Shown: one piece after another, positions 18,395 through 27,593 of the stretch
Layout of the letters: every line of letters begins with the position of its first letter
How positions within the stretch are numbered: the first letter of the stretch is position 1
Assembly (NCBI GenBank): GCA_938034445.1
Contig: CALHLD010000014.1
Coordinates: forward strand, 4,907-68,906
DNA: 64,000 bases
Source: an uncultured archaeon
GTDB lineage: Archaea > Thermoproteota > Nitrososphaeria > JACIWG01
Direction: 5' to 3'
Notes under the pieces: generated by a model
The model's database searches: none
Seen by the model: the letters and a program-made list of their open reading frames with translations, nothing else
What the model was told of the DNA's origin: nothing
Position numbers and translations under genes: made by a program

Positions 18395-19423
18395 ATGAAA
18401 ATTGGTATATTAACTGGCGGCGGAGACTGTGCAGGACTTAACGCTGTAATAAGGGCTGTAGTTAAGCGTTCTGAAGAATATGGTTGGGAAGTTTTAGGCA
18501 TAAGATATGGTTGGCGTGGGTTAATGGATAGTGATGTTGTAAAACTTTCTTTTAAAGATGTAGCTAACATTCACAGAATTGGTGGTACAATACTAAAAAC
18601 TTCTCGAACTAATCCCTTTAAACATGCTGGCGCTCCTGAAAAGATACTTGAAAATGTTAAACGACTTGGTTTGGATGCCATCATAGCTGTAGGCGGTGAT
18701 GACACATTAGGTGTCGCTGCAAAACTATTTAAAATGGGCTTAAATGTTGTCGGTGTCCCAAAGACCATGGACAATGATATTTCTGCAACAGATTATACTT
18801 TTGGGTTTGATTCCGCAGTAAATGAGGCTATGCATGCCTTAGATAATCTTATGACAACCGGAGAATCCCATGATAGAGTTATGGTTGCTGAAGTTATGGG
18901 CAGGCATGCTGGATGGGTTGCTGCTTACGCTGGAATAGCCTCTGGCGCTCACTTAACACTGGTTCCTGAGGAACCATTTGACCTTGATGAAGTTATATCC
19001 TTTATAAAAAAGAGGTATGAAAGGGGCGAACGTTCTACACTCATAGTCGTAGCTGAAGGTGCAGTAATGAAAAACGTGTCTTCTACATTCGTTAAAGAAG
19101 GTAAAGTTGACGAATTTGGTCACATAAAACTTGGCGGTATCGGCCAATTTCTTGCAGAGGAAATTGAAAGAAGGACGGGATACGAAGTTCGGTCTGTAGT
19201 ACTTGGTCACACAATAAGAGGTGGTTCACCTACAGCCTTTGACAGAGTGCTATCAAGCAGATTTGGCTTAGCGGCTGTAGAGCTTGTGAAGGAAAGAAAA
19301 TTTGGTTTTATGGTCGCATTAAAGGGTACTAGTATCACATATGTAAGTTTAGACGATGCAGTCTCCAAAATGAAGTCCCTTGATCAAGAAACATATAATG
19401 CGCTTAAAGCTCTTTCTTATTAG
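18395..19423 (+). CDS. pfk: 6-phosphofructokinase, PfkA family (residue pattern suggests PPi-dependent)
   Basis: 342 aa. MKIGILTGGGDCAGLNAVIR. GGDDT (Asp where ATP-PFK has Gly). PKTMDNDI (Lys where ATP-PFK has Gly). MGRHAGW. Confidence 0.85.
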   Translation: MKIGILTGGGDCAGLNAVIRAVVKRSEEYGWEVLGIRYGWRGLMDSDVVKLSFKDVANIHRIGGTILKTSRTNPFKHAGAPEKILENVKRLGLDAIIAVGGDDTLGVAAKLFKMGLNVVGVPKTMDNDISATDYTFGFDSAVNEAMHALDNLMTTGESHDRVMVAEVMGRHAGWVAAYAGIASGAHLTLVPEEPFDLDEVISFIKKRYERGERSTLIVVAEGAVMKNVSSTFVKEGKVDEFGHIKLGGIGQFLAEEIERRTGYEVRSVVLGHTIRGGSPTAFDRVLSSRFGLAAVELVKERKFGFMVALKGTSITYVSLDDAVSKMKSLDQETYNALKALSY

Positions 19424-19451
19424 TTTAAATGCCAGTATAGGTTAAATGGAT

Positions 19452-19757
19452 TTAATAGGAAATGACATCTATAATCTTTTTCCCCTCTAGTAGTTTACTT
19501 AATTTCTGCTGCATCTCATGAGTGCTAGAGAAAATAAGGTTCTCCTCTTTTCCCTTGTCGTAGACTATTGTTAGCACATACTCTAAACCTGTTTTGTTGG
19601 CAAAAAATTTTGCTCTATTTCCATCCAAATCTTCAATTTCTATCCTTAATCCTTCATCACTTCTCAGTTGGTTAATGAGTTTCATGAGTTCTTTTTCATT
19701 CTCCCTTTTTTTCCATGGGATATAATTTGTGTAACATTCGTTTGACATATTATGCAC
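19452..19757 (-). CDS. Hypothetical protein (101 aa)
   Basis: Clean ORF with good coding periodicity. No motif I recognise. Confidence 0.4.
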   Translation of the reverse strand: MHNMSNECYTNYIPWKKRENEKELMKLINQLRSDEGLRIEIEDLDGNRAKFFANKTGLEYVLTIVYDKGKEENLIFSSTHEMQQKLSKLLEGKKIIDVISY

Positions 19758-19794
19758 ATATACTTATATATAATCAATTTTTTAAGCTTTAATT

Positions 19795-20964
19795 ATGTTA
19801 CTCTACACTACCAATCTTCGGAAATTAACAAAGATTAGACCACGTTCAAGGCGTGCAATTAGTATTCAAGTTTGTGGTCCAACAGTTTATGATGGATTAC
19901 ACATTGGTCATCTAAAAACCTTCTTTTTCTTTGACATATTAGTTCGTTTTCTAAGGCACTTAAATTATGACGTTAAATTTTGTCTAAATTTTACAGATAT
20001 AGACGAAAGTGTATTTGAAAAGGCTGAGAGAGAAGGTTGCCCGTTTAATGTTATATCAGAAAAATTCTCTTCGCTTATCTTATATACCTTAAAAAAGTTG
20101 AATATAAATACACCAAACTTCTTTCCAAGGTCATCTGCCTACATAAACCATTATATCTTGCAGATAAAGAAACTCCTATCACAAGGTTTTGCTTACAATG
20201 TTAATGGCAACATTTTCTTTGAATTTGAAAAAATATATGATAGGGGACCTGTCTCAGGTTTTGATAAATCAACTTTATATGAATTAAGATTCGACTCCTA
20301 TGCAGGTAAAAGGTCTCCCATAGATTTTCTTCTCTGGTTTAAAAGTAATTTGAAGCCAAATTGGGACTCTCCTTGGGGTATTGGTCGACCAGGATGGCAT
20401 TTACAAGATGTAGTAATAGCTCATGAAATATTTAATGGGCCTCATGATGTTCACGGAGGTGCAATTGAACTTGTTTATCCTCATCACGACTTTATTGAAT
20501 GTTTAGGTGCTGCTATCGAGAATGTTAAACCTTATGTACCTTATTGGGTGCACACTTGTATCTTAACAATTAAGGGGAAAAAGATGTCAAAATCCTTTGG
20601 CAATATCGTTTATGCTGAAGATGTATTGAAAAAGTTTTCTCCAGAATCTCTTAGAATCTATTTTCTTTCAACACCAAGAGATAAAGTTACAGAATTTTCA
20701 ATGGATTCCCTTGAGCATTTTGAAAATGTTGTTAAAGAAATAAAATCTAGGCTTTCTAACTTAAGCATGTCCTATTCTAAGCCTCCAAATCATTTAATAG
20801 GAATAAAAAAACAGTTTTTTAAAAATTTATCAAATAATATGCAAACATATAATGTAATAGAATTACTCATATCTCTGATAAGGGATTGCTCAAGGTATAA
20901 TGTAAATCCAATATTTTTAGCTGACATCTTCAAAGTTTTAGGTTTAGAAACACTCCAAAACTAA
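19795..20964 (+). CDS. Cysteinyl-tRNA synthetase-like class I paralog
   Basis: 389 aa. VCGPTVYDGLHIGH (HIGH motif, cf CysRS VCGITVYDLCHIGH). FTDIDE. WDSPWGIGRPGWH. PHH. KMSKS at 263-267. Helical anticodon-binding-like tail but about 70 aa shorter than bacterial CysRS. The Cys209-equivalent in WHIEC reads WHLQD. Confidence 0.7.
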   Translation: MLLYTTNLRKLTKIRPRSRRAISIQVCGPTVYDGLHIGHLKTFFFFDILVRFLRHLNYDVKFCLNFTDIDESVFEKAEREGCPFNVISEKFSSLILYTLKKLNINTPNFFPRSSAYINHYILQIKKLLSQGFAYNVNGNIFFEFEKIYDRGPVSGFDKSTLYELRFDSYAGKRSPIDFLLWFKSNLKPNWDSPWGIGRPGWHLQDVVIAHEIFNGPHDVHGGAIELVYPHHDFIECLGAAIENVKPYVPYWVHTCILTIKGKKMSKSFGNIVYAEDVLKKFSPESLRIYFLSTPRDKVTEFSMDSLEHFENVVKEIKSRLSNLSMSYSKPPNHLIGIKKQFFKNLSNNMQTYNVIELLISLIRDCSRYNVNPIFLADIFKVLGLETLQN

Positions 20965-20969
20965 ATTTA

Positions 20970-21377
20970 CTATATGCCATAAACTTCTCTTAACTTCTGT
21001 CCCAAAATATCCTTGCTAACCGCGCCTACAATTTTTTCAACCACTTTACCTGACTTAAAAAAAATGATCGTAGGCACTCCCATGATAAAGAATTTCTCAG
21101 CAACTTCTGGACTTTGGTCAACATTTAATTTTGCAAATTTAATAGATGGCGAAACCTCCTTAGCGAGCTGCTCGAATATAGGCTTCATCATTTTACATGG
21201 TCCGCACCATTCAGCAAAAAAGTCTACAACAACATTTTCATTTTCGTTTATGAATCTTTCAAAATTTGTAAAATCTAAAGTATATACTAAATTTTCTTCA
21301 ACACCTTCTTTACTGCTTTTTTTAATTATATCCAAATACTTTTTTCTCAGTATTTTTTCTATCTCGTTGTCTTCCAT
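20970..21377 (-). CDS. trx: Thioredoxin
   Basis: 135 aa. WCGPCK active site in thioredoxin fold context. Confidence 0.9.
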   Translation of the reverse strand: MEDNEIEKILRKKYLDIIKKSSKEGVEENLVYTLDFTNFERFINENENVVVDFFAEWCGPCKMMKPIFEQLAKEVSPSIKFAKLNVDQSPEVAEKFFIMGVPTIIFFKSGKVVEKIVGAVSKDILGQKLREVYGI

Positions 21378-21563
21378 TATCTCCTCTTACCTAACGATCC
21401 AAATATAAGATTTATTGTTTTATTTATACTCTTAATTATTTCAATTTATGAGTTTGATTAAATTGTTCATAAGTTTTTTGTTTATTTAAAGAAATTTTTT
21501 AGAATAAAATCTATTAAGTCTACTGTTAATAAATATATTGGATACGGTTTAAGGTGAATTAGT

Positions 21564-22463
21564 GTGAAGAAATATTTTAGACTTTGTTATGTAACAAGTG
21601 TAGGACAGGATGGTTTACAGTCTTTTTCTTATGCTCTTCCATCTCTTTCTAAAAAACAATTCTATGACATAGTTAATGAACTTACTTACAATGGCTTTCA
21701 CCTTAAAACTCTATTTCTTAAACCTGGGGTTAGATTAAAGGGTACTATTGCTCTTAATTGGTTAAAGGATCATAAAACAAATTTTCCACCCTACTCTGCT
21801 ACGCTATACTTTAGGTCCCGTTATAGAAGTTATATCAAACTTTATAGTAGTGGAAAGATTATATCCTTTTTCCCACTAGAATCGTATATAGTTAATTTTT
21901 TGAAAAATGTCATGCGTTATGAAAGAGTGTTAAGGTTCTATGAACTTAAACCAATTAATAGGTATTTTGAAAACAGTTACTTCATACTAAATTGGTTTAA
22001 TGATGAACTAAAAATTTTTCTTAAAAGTAGATTCGAGTTACCGAGGTCAGCTTGGCTTAATAATAGAAAAACTGAGTACTATTATATTCTTGAAGATGAA
22101 CTTATAATTTTAATGAAATTATGCAAAATTCTTAAGCCAGAAAGAATCGAATGTCTTTTCAATTTTCCGATCGAAGAGGTCTCCATTCCAATCATAAAAC
22201 CTGGCTCAAGACCAATGTTTAAGACTGAAACTTCATTCCACAAATTCCTTAATCTAATAGAGGACCTTTTATCAAATTACGAATTTCCCATAAACTTAAA
22301 GAATAGAAAATCTTTTATTACTTTCGATGACTCGAGTATAATTTTCAAAAAATTGAACTCAGAACTGGATTATGAAGGACTATTATCTATATTTGGGGAA
22401 TTAAAAAATCATTGCTTTGACTCATTTCACATATTTAGCTCCTATCATGAAATAAAAATTTAA
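21564..22463 (+). CDS. Hypothetical protein, aromatic-rich (299 aa)
   Basis: Long uninterrupted ORF. Very high F/Y/W/K/N content. No recognisable catalytic or binding motif. Confidence 0.45.
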   Translation: MKKYFRLCYVTSVGQDGLQSFSYALPSLSKKQFYDIVNELTYNGFHLKTLFLKPGVRLKGTIALNWLKDHKTNFPPYSATLYFRSRYRSYIKLYSSGKIISFFPLESYIVNFLKNVMRYERVLRFYELKPINRYFENSYFILNWFNDELKIFLKSRFELPRSAWLNNRKTEYYYILEDELIILMKLCKILKPERIECLFNFPIEEVSIPIIKPGSRPMFKTETSFHKFLNLIEDLLSNYEFPINLKNRKSFITFDDSSIIFKKLNSELDYEGLLSIFGELKNHCFDSFHIFSSYHEIKI

Positions 22464-22526
22464 ATTCCTTTTAGAAGGATAGTATGATTGAGAAGGAAGA
22501 TGGTTAATATAACCGAATTAAATACC

Positions 22527-22616
22527 ATGCTTCTTTCATCAATAACTTCCGCTCTAATAATTTTAGCCTTTGCTATAATATTACTAGCAGTAATAGAGCT
22601 AAAACTTTCTTCGTAA
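22527..22616 (+). CDS. Possible small membrane peptide (29 aa)
   Basis: MLLSSITSALIILAFAIILLAVIELKLSS: a single hydrophobic helix in the 218-nt gap before tRNA-Glu. Below the track's size cutoff. Confidence 0.15.
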   Translation: MLLSSITSALIILAFAIILLAVIELKLSS

Positions 22617-22681
22617 CCTTATTATCTTTCATTAAAAGTACAAAAACATTAATAAACTCGCTAAAAATCCACTGTAAATGC

Positions 22682-22763
<82 letters not shown>

Positions 22764-22811
22764 ATGGCTAAAACTTTATGTAGATTGGAAATTAAACCTT
22801 AGTGAAGTTAT

Positions 22812-24101
22812 ATGTCTGCATCTAATAAAGAATTATATGAAAGAGCTGTTAAAGTGATTCCTGCTGGTGTTACTAGGCCTTTTAGATTTTTTGAGCCTTA
22901 TCCGTTTTATGCTAGGAGGGCTTATGGTTGTAAGCTTGTTGACGTAGAAGGCAAGGAGTATGTCGACTATTGGATGGGTCACGGTGCACTAGTTTTAGGT
23001 CATATGCCAAAATGTGTTGTTGATGCTGTGAGGGAGCAGCTTGAACTAGGTTTCCATTTTGGAGTGTGTAATGAATGGGAAGTCAAGCTTGCTGAAGAGA
23101 TTTGCAGGCTTGTTCCAAGTGTTGAAATGATAAGATTCAATAATAGTGGTACAGAAGCGAATATGCACGCTATAAGGCTTGCAAGAGCCTATACAAAAAG
23201 AATGAAGATTGGCAAGTTTGCAGGACATTTTCACGGTGTTTTAGATCCACTTTATGTTGCAATAAACTGGCCATGGGCTGAACCAGAAAGTGCTGGAATG
23301 GATCCACTGGCAACAAAAAACACTGTAGTCCTACCTTTCAATGACCTTGATGCTACAGAAAAGGTTCTTAAAAGTGAAGAGCTTGCATGCGTTTTCTTCG
23401 AGCCTGTACAAGGTGCAACATGTGTACCAGCTGAAAAAGAGTTTGCTAAAGGTTTAAGAGAAGTTTGTGATAAGACAGGAACACTGCTTATTGCTGATGA
23501 AGTAATAACAGGATTTAGGCTTGCACCAGGTGGCGGTCAAGAGGTTTTGGATATTAAGCCGGATTTAACAACATTTGGTAAGGCAATAGGTGGTGGAGAA
23601 TTTCCAGTAGGCGCAGTTGGTGGTAGAGTTGAAATTATGGAGTTAATGGATCATATTAAGTATCCAAAAAGGTCTGAAAATGTTATTCAAGGAGGAACAT
23701 ACAGTGGTAACCCTCTAGTGATGAGAGCCGGCTATGAAGCAATGAAAGAATACAAAAGGGGTGTTGTCTACAATCACATAAACAAGTTGGGCGAAAGATT
23801 AAAGAAGAGTTTACAGGAAATCTTAGCAAAATATAGCATTAAAGGGTACGTAGCCGGTCTTGGGTCAATGATTAAATTACATTTTCTTAAGGAGCAGGTT
23901 AAACAGTATAATTTACAAACACTGCTCTCTAAATCAGATAAAGAAGTTGAGAAAAAATATTTCTATCATTTAATATCAAATAGTATATTGGCAATGGCGC
24001 CAGGTAAAGTGCACTTTTTCATATCTCTTCCTCACACCACCGAAGACATAGACAATCTTATAATCGTGACTGAAAATTTCATCAAAACAATAAAGCAATA
24101 A
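22812..24101 (+). CDS. hemL: Glutamate-1-semialdehyde 2,1-aminomutase
   Basis: 429 aa class III aminotransferase. NNSGTEANMHAIRLARAYT. ADEVITGFRLAPGGGQE. PLP-lysine in TTFGKAIGGG. Confidence 0.85.
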   Translation: MSASNKELYERAVKVIPAGVTRPFRFFEPYPFYARRAYGCKLVDVEGKEYVDYWMGHGALVLGHMPKCVVDAVREQLELGFHFGVCNEWEVKLAEEICRLVPSVEMIRFNNSGTEANMHAIRLARAYTKRMKIGKFAGHFHGVLDPLYVAINWPWAEPESAGMDPLATKNTVVLPFNDLDATEKVLKSEELACVFFEPVQGATCVPAEKEFAKGLREVCDKTGTLLIADEVITGFRLAPGGGQEVLDIKPDLTTFGKAIGGGEFPVGAVGGRVEIMELMDHIKYPKRSENVIQGGTYSGNPLVMRAGYEAMKEYKRGVVYNHINKLGERLKKSLQEILAKYSIKGYVAGLGSMIKLHFLKEQVKQYNLQTLLSKSDKEVEKKYFYHLISNSILAMAPGKVHFFISLPHTTEDIDNLIIVTENFIKTIKQ

Positions 24102-24107
24102 TATACC

Positions 24108-24473
24108 CTATTCTTCAATCGCCCTCTTTAATTTCTCTTGAAATGAAATAAATTTTCCATCTTCGTAGAAGGTTATCTTAGTCTCTATAGGTACATGTAA
24201 TCCAAGTATTCTAAGAAGACTGAGTAACTGTCCTCCAGTTATAGTTGAAATTTCACCACTTTTTATTAGTTCAGCTAATTTTTCTTCTATGATCTTCATT
24301 TCCCTGGGATAAAGTTCTTCTGCTTTTATTAAAACTTCATCCCCTCTATCAACTAGGTGTTCTAAAACAATTTCTTTTGACGTTTTTTCTTTACTCTTAA
24401 TCTGCATCCTTTTAGCTAGTTCAGCCATCTTTTTTGCCTTAATCAATCGGAGTTCAATGTCTTCTTCGCTCAT
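24108..24473 (-). CDS. PDCD5/TFAR19-like dsDNA-binding protein
   Basis: 121 aa. Helical protein with the RLAELAKRMQ...EELYPREMKIIEEKLAELIKSGEI pattern of the archaeal PDCD5 family (PF01984). Confidence 0.6.
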   Translation of the reverse strand: MSEEDIELRLIKAKKMAELAKRMQIKSKEKTSKEIVLEHLVDRGDEVLIKAEELYPREMKIIEEKLAELIKSGEISTITGGQLLSLLRILGLHVPIETKITFYEDGKFISFQEKLKRAIEE

Positions 24474-24540
24474 ATATCCTCACCCATTATGCCTATTATC
24501 TAAAATATTTATCTATTGGCCACTATGGAATTGATGTTCG

Positions 24541-25377
24541 ATGTCCATTTCAATATTTTTACCAGATTCATTATTGTGTGAGGATAAAAGTTTAAGGGAT
24601 AAAACTGTAAAATTGGGTTTTATTGCTAGGGCTTGTGCAATTTTTAAAGTCGAAAAAATCTACATTTACACTGATGAAGGAGGGATTCATGAGGATGATT
24701 TTAGACTGATAAAATTGATTCTTGAATACATTGAAACTCCACAGTATCTTAGGAAAAGGCTTTTCCCGTTATCAGAAAAGTTAAAGGAAGTTGGTGTCTT
24801 ACCGCCATTAAGAACACCACATCATAAGGTTTGGATTCCATTAAGTGAACTTAAGATAGGTGATGTTAGGGAAGGTATGATATTTAGAAGTGGTGGCTCT
24901 CTCTGGGCTGATTTAGGTTTAGATAAGCCAATAAAGTTTAATGGTTCTGCTTACGAAGGTGAACGTGTTACCTGTGTTATTGAAAAATTGGAACCTTATC
25001 CAATATGTCGTAGGGCAAAAGGTGATGAAGTAAAAGAATATTGGGGTTATAAAGTACTTAGAATTGGCCCAATAGGCAAGTTTCTAAAAAGCGGTTTTAG
25101 TGGTTTAAAAATAATTACTTCTAGACTTGGTTCTCCAATAAATGCATGCTTTAAGGAAGTAAAATCCGCTATAAAATCTTCCTCGAATATAGCTTTAATA
25201 TTCGGTTCACCCAAAAGAGGTTTATATGATATATTGAAAGATGAACATTTAAAGCCTGAAGATGTCTCTGACTTTGTGCTCAATTTTGTGCCTAACCAGG
25301 GAACAGCGTCTATCAGGACAGAAGAAGCGATTTTTATTTCCCTTTCTACAATCAATATTATGAATTTGATCCCCTAA
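24541..25377 (+). CDS. SPOUT-class RNA methyltransferase, C9orf114/SPOUT1-like (PF02598)
   Basis: 278 aa. N-terminal SIFLPDSLL...KLGFIARACAIFKVEKIYIY matches the conserved GQIARAxAIFxVDEIVV block of the family. Confidence 0.6.
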   Translation: MSISIFLPDSLLCEDKSLRDKTVKLGFIARACAIFKVEKIYIYTDEGGIHEDDFRLIKLILEYIETPQYLRKRLFPLSEKLKEVGVLPPLRTPHHKVWIPLSELKIGDVREGMIFRSGGSLWADLGLDKPIKFNGSAYEGERVTCVIEKLEPYPICRRAKGDEVKEYWGYKVLRIGPIGKFLKSGFSGLKIITSRLGSPINACFKEVKSAIKSSSNIALIFGSPKRGLYDILKDEHLKPEDVSDFVLNFVPNQGTASIRTEEAIFISLSTINIMNLIP

Positions 25378-25496
25378 CTTCCTTAATTATTGTCATTAAA
25401 CAATATCTGATTTTAAATATTTGAAATATTATAGAATTAAAAAAGTAAAGCTTTAAAAATAGTATAGGTTTTGGTAAGGTACGCAAGTGATCAAAT

Positions 25497-26519
25497 TTGG
25501 GTCATAGGAAAAAGAATGCTCCTAGGCATGGGTCGTTAGCTTTTAGACCTAGAGTTAGGGCTGATGATATAGTCCCACGTGTTAGATATTGGGGTGGACT
25601 AGACAATCCTAGGCCCACTCTGCTAGGCTTTATAGGATTTAAGGCTGGTATGATGCATACCATTATTTCTGGAGAAAATCCACGTTCTCCAACTTTTGGA
25701 AAACCTGTTTTCCGTGCCTCAACTGTTTTAGTCTGTCCACCAATTAGAATATGTGGAATTAGATTGTATGGTGAAAATGTAGAAGGTGAATATTCTCTTA
25801 CTGAAGTTTATTCTGATAAATTGCCTAAGTTTTATGAACGTGCTTTACCTAAAGGGTGCTTAGCTAAAAAATATGATGTTAATGCGTTAGACAAATTTAT
25901 AGAAGATGTAAAACGCGTTGTCGCTATTGTTGGAGCCGAACCCTATGAAGCAAAACTTCCTCAAAAAAAGCCGATTATTCTAGAAGTGGAAATTGGCGGA
26001 GGTAAATCAGTTAAAGATAGGGTGGAATATGCAAAATCAATCTTAGGCTTAACTATAAGAGTTAAAGATGTTTTCAAGGCAGGTGACTTTGTCGACACAA
26101 TTGGTATAACAAAAGGTAAAGGTTTCCAAGGTCCTGTTAAAAGGTTCGGTATAAAGAGGAAGCAACACAAGTCAAGGAAGAGTGTAAGAGCCGTAGGCTG
26201 TCTTGGTGCTTGGCATCCAGCTGCTGTAACATATACTGTTCCTAGAGCTGGTCAAATGGGTTTCCATCAGAGAACATCTTATAACAAAAGGATTCTAATC
26301 TGTTCCTCGACCAAAGAAGGTATGGTTTTTAATCCTAATGGTGGTTTCAAACATTTTGGTATAGTAAAAGGTGACTATCTTGTGGTTGATGGTAGTGTGC
26401 AAGGTCCTCCAAAACGCCCCATTGTGTTACGGTTTGCAGTAAGGAGTAAAGTGGAAAAACCTGTTCCTCCAAAGATTATTTACACAAGTGTTTCTTCAAT
26501 CCCTGTTAAAGGTGATTGA
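25497..26519 (+). CDS. rpl3: Ribosomal protein uL3
   Basis: 340 aa. (M)GHRKKNAPRHGSLAFRPR N-terminus. TTG start. Confidence 0.93.
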   Translation: MGHRKKNAPRHGSLAFRPRVRADDIVPRVRYWGGLDNPRPTLLGFIGFKAGMMHTIISGENPRSPTFGKPVFRASTVLVCPPIRICGIRLYGENVEGEYSLTEVYSDKLPKFYERALPKGCLAKKYDVNALDKFIEDVKRVVAIVGAEPYEAKLPQKKPIILEVEIGGGKSVKDRVEYAKSILGLTIRVKDVFKAGDFVDTIGITKGKGFQGPVKRFGIKRKQHKSRKSVRAVGCLGAWHPAAVTYTVPRAGQMGFHQRTSYNKRILICSSTKEGMVFNPNGGFKHFGIVKGDYLVVDGSVQGPPKRPIVLRFAVRSKVEKPVPPKIIYTSVSSIPVKGD

Positions 26520-27319
26520 TTATGAGCATGGTTCCAGTATATGGTTTAGATGGGTTGGAGAAATCAAAAATCACTTTACCCAAAATATTCTCCTTACCCT
26601 ATAGACCGGATGTAATTCATAGAGTTTATGTTGCAATGTGGACTCATAAGCTTCAGCCTAAAGGTCGCGATCCTATGGCAGGTGAAAGAACTTCTGCTCA
26701 ATCTTGGCAAACGGGTCATGGTGTAGCAAGAGTTCCACGTGTCAAAGGAGAGAGATACAGTAGAGCTGGAATGGCTGCTGGTGTTGCTGGTGTAGTAAAA
26801 GGTCGTGTTGCTCACCCGCCAAAAGCAGAGAAGAGGATCTATAAAAGGGTGAACAAAAAAGAGCGGCTTCTTGCATTGGCTTCTGCAATAGCTGCAACTT
26901 CATTAAAAAAGGTTGTTGAAGAAAGAGGCCATCGTGTGCAAAATGTTCCATCATTTCCATTCATTGTGTCATCAGAATTTGAAAATGTTACAAAAGTTAA
27001 GGACATCGTAAACGCTTTTAAACTTTGGGGTATAGAAGAGGAGCTAGAACGCATAAAAGAGGGTATTAAAAGAAGAAGTGGGAAAGCTGAGAGAAGAGGT
27101 AGAACAAAACGTGTTCCAGTAGGTCCACTTATTGTCACATCCTCTCCAAGTAATAGTCTAAAAAAAATTGCCGAAAATATACCTGGAGTTAATGTAACTG
27201 ACGTCAATTCCCTTTCAGTACTAGACCTTGTTCCAGGCGGCCATCCTGTTCGGTTTGTTATTTGGATAGAGGATGCTATTAAATGCTTAGATGAAAGATT
27301 TAAGGGTGTTATATTATGA
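26516..27319 (+). CDS. rpl4: Ribosomal protein uL4
   Basis: 267 aa. L4/L1e family. 4-nt overlap with L3. Confidence 0.92.
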   Translation: MIMSMVPVYGLDGLEKSKITLPKIFSLPYRPDVIHRVYVAMWTHKLQPKGRDPMAGERTSAQSWQTGHGVARVPRVKGERYSRAGMAAGVAGVVKGRVAHPPKAEKRIYKRVNKKERLLALASAIAATSLKKVVEERGHRVQNVPSFPFIVSSEFENVTKVKDIVNAFKLWGIEEELERIKEGIKRRSGKAERRGRTKRVPVGPLIVTSSPSNSLKKIAENIPGVNVTDVNSLSVLDLVPGGHPVRFVIWIEDAIKCLDERFKGVIL

Positions 27320-27582
27320 ATCAGATGGATGCCTTAAAAATTATAAAGTACCCTCACGTGACAGAAAAAGCTTCAATGCTTATTTCTAGAAATAATACCT
27401 TAACATTTATTGTAGACAGTAAGGCTAACAAAAGAAAGATAAAACAAGCTGTTGAAACACTTTATAATGTTAAAGTTGATAAAGTTAACGTACTTATATG
27501 CAAGGAAGGGAAAAAAGCTTATGTCCGCCTTTCTAAAGAATATTCAGCAACAGACTTGGCTTCTAAAATTGGTATTATGTGA
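27316..27582 (+). CDS. rpl23: Ribosomal protein uL23
   Basis: 88 aa. L23 family. Operon position. Confidence 0.9.
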   Translation: MNQMDALKIIKYPHVTEKASMLISRNNTLTFIVDSKANKRKIKQAVETLYNVKVDKVNVLICKEGKKAYVRLSKEYSATDLASKIGIM

Positions 27583-27593
27583 GTGTGAAAAAT

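Noticed and set aside
26594-27207. Three 70-120-aa minus-strand ORFs
   Set aside because: Antisense to rpl4, which is supported by family similarity and operon context.
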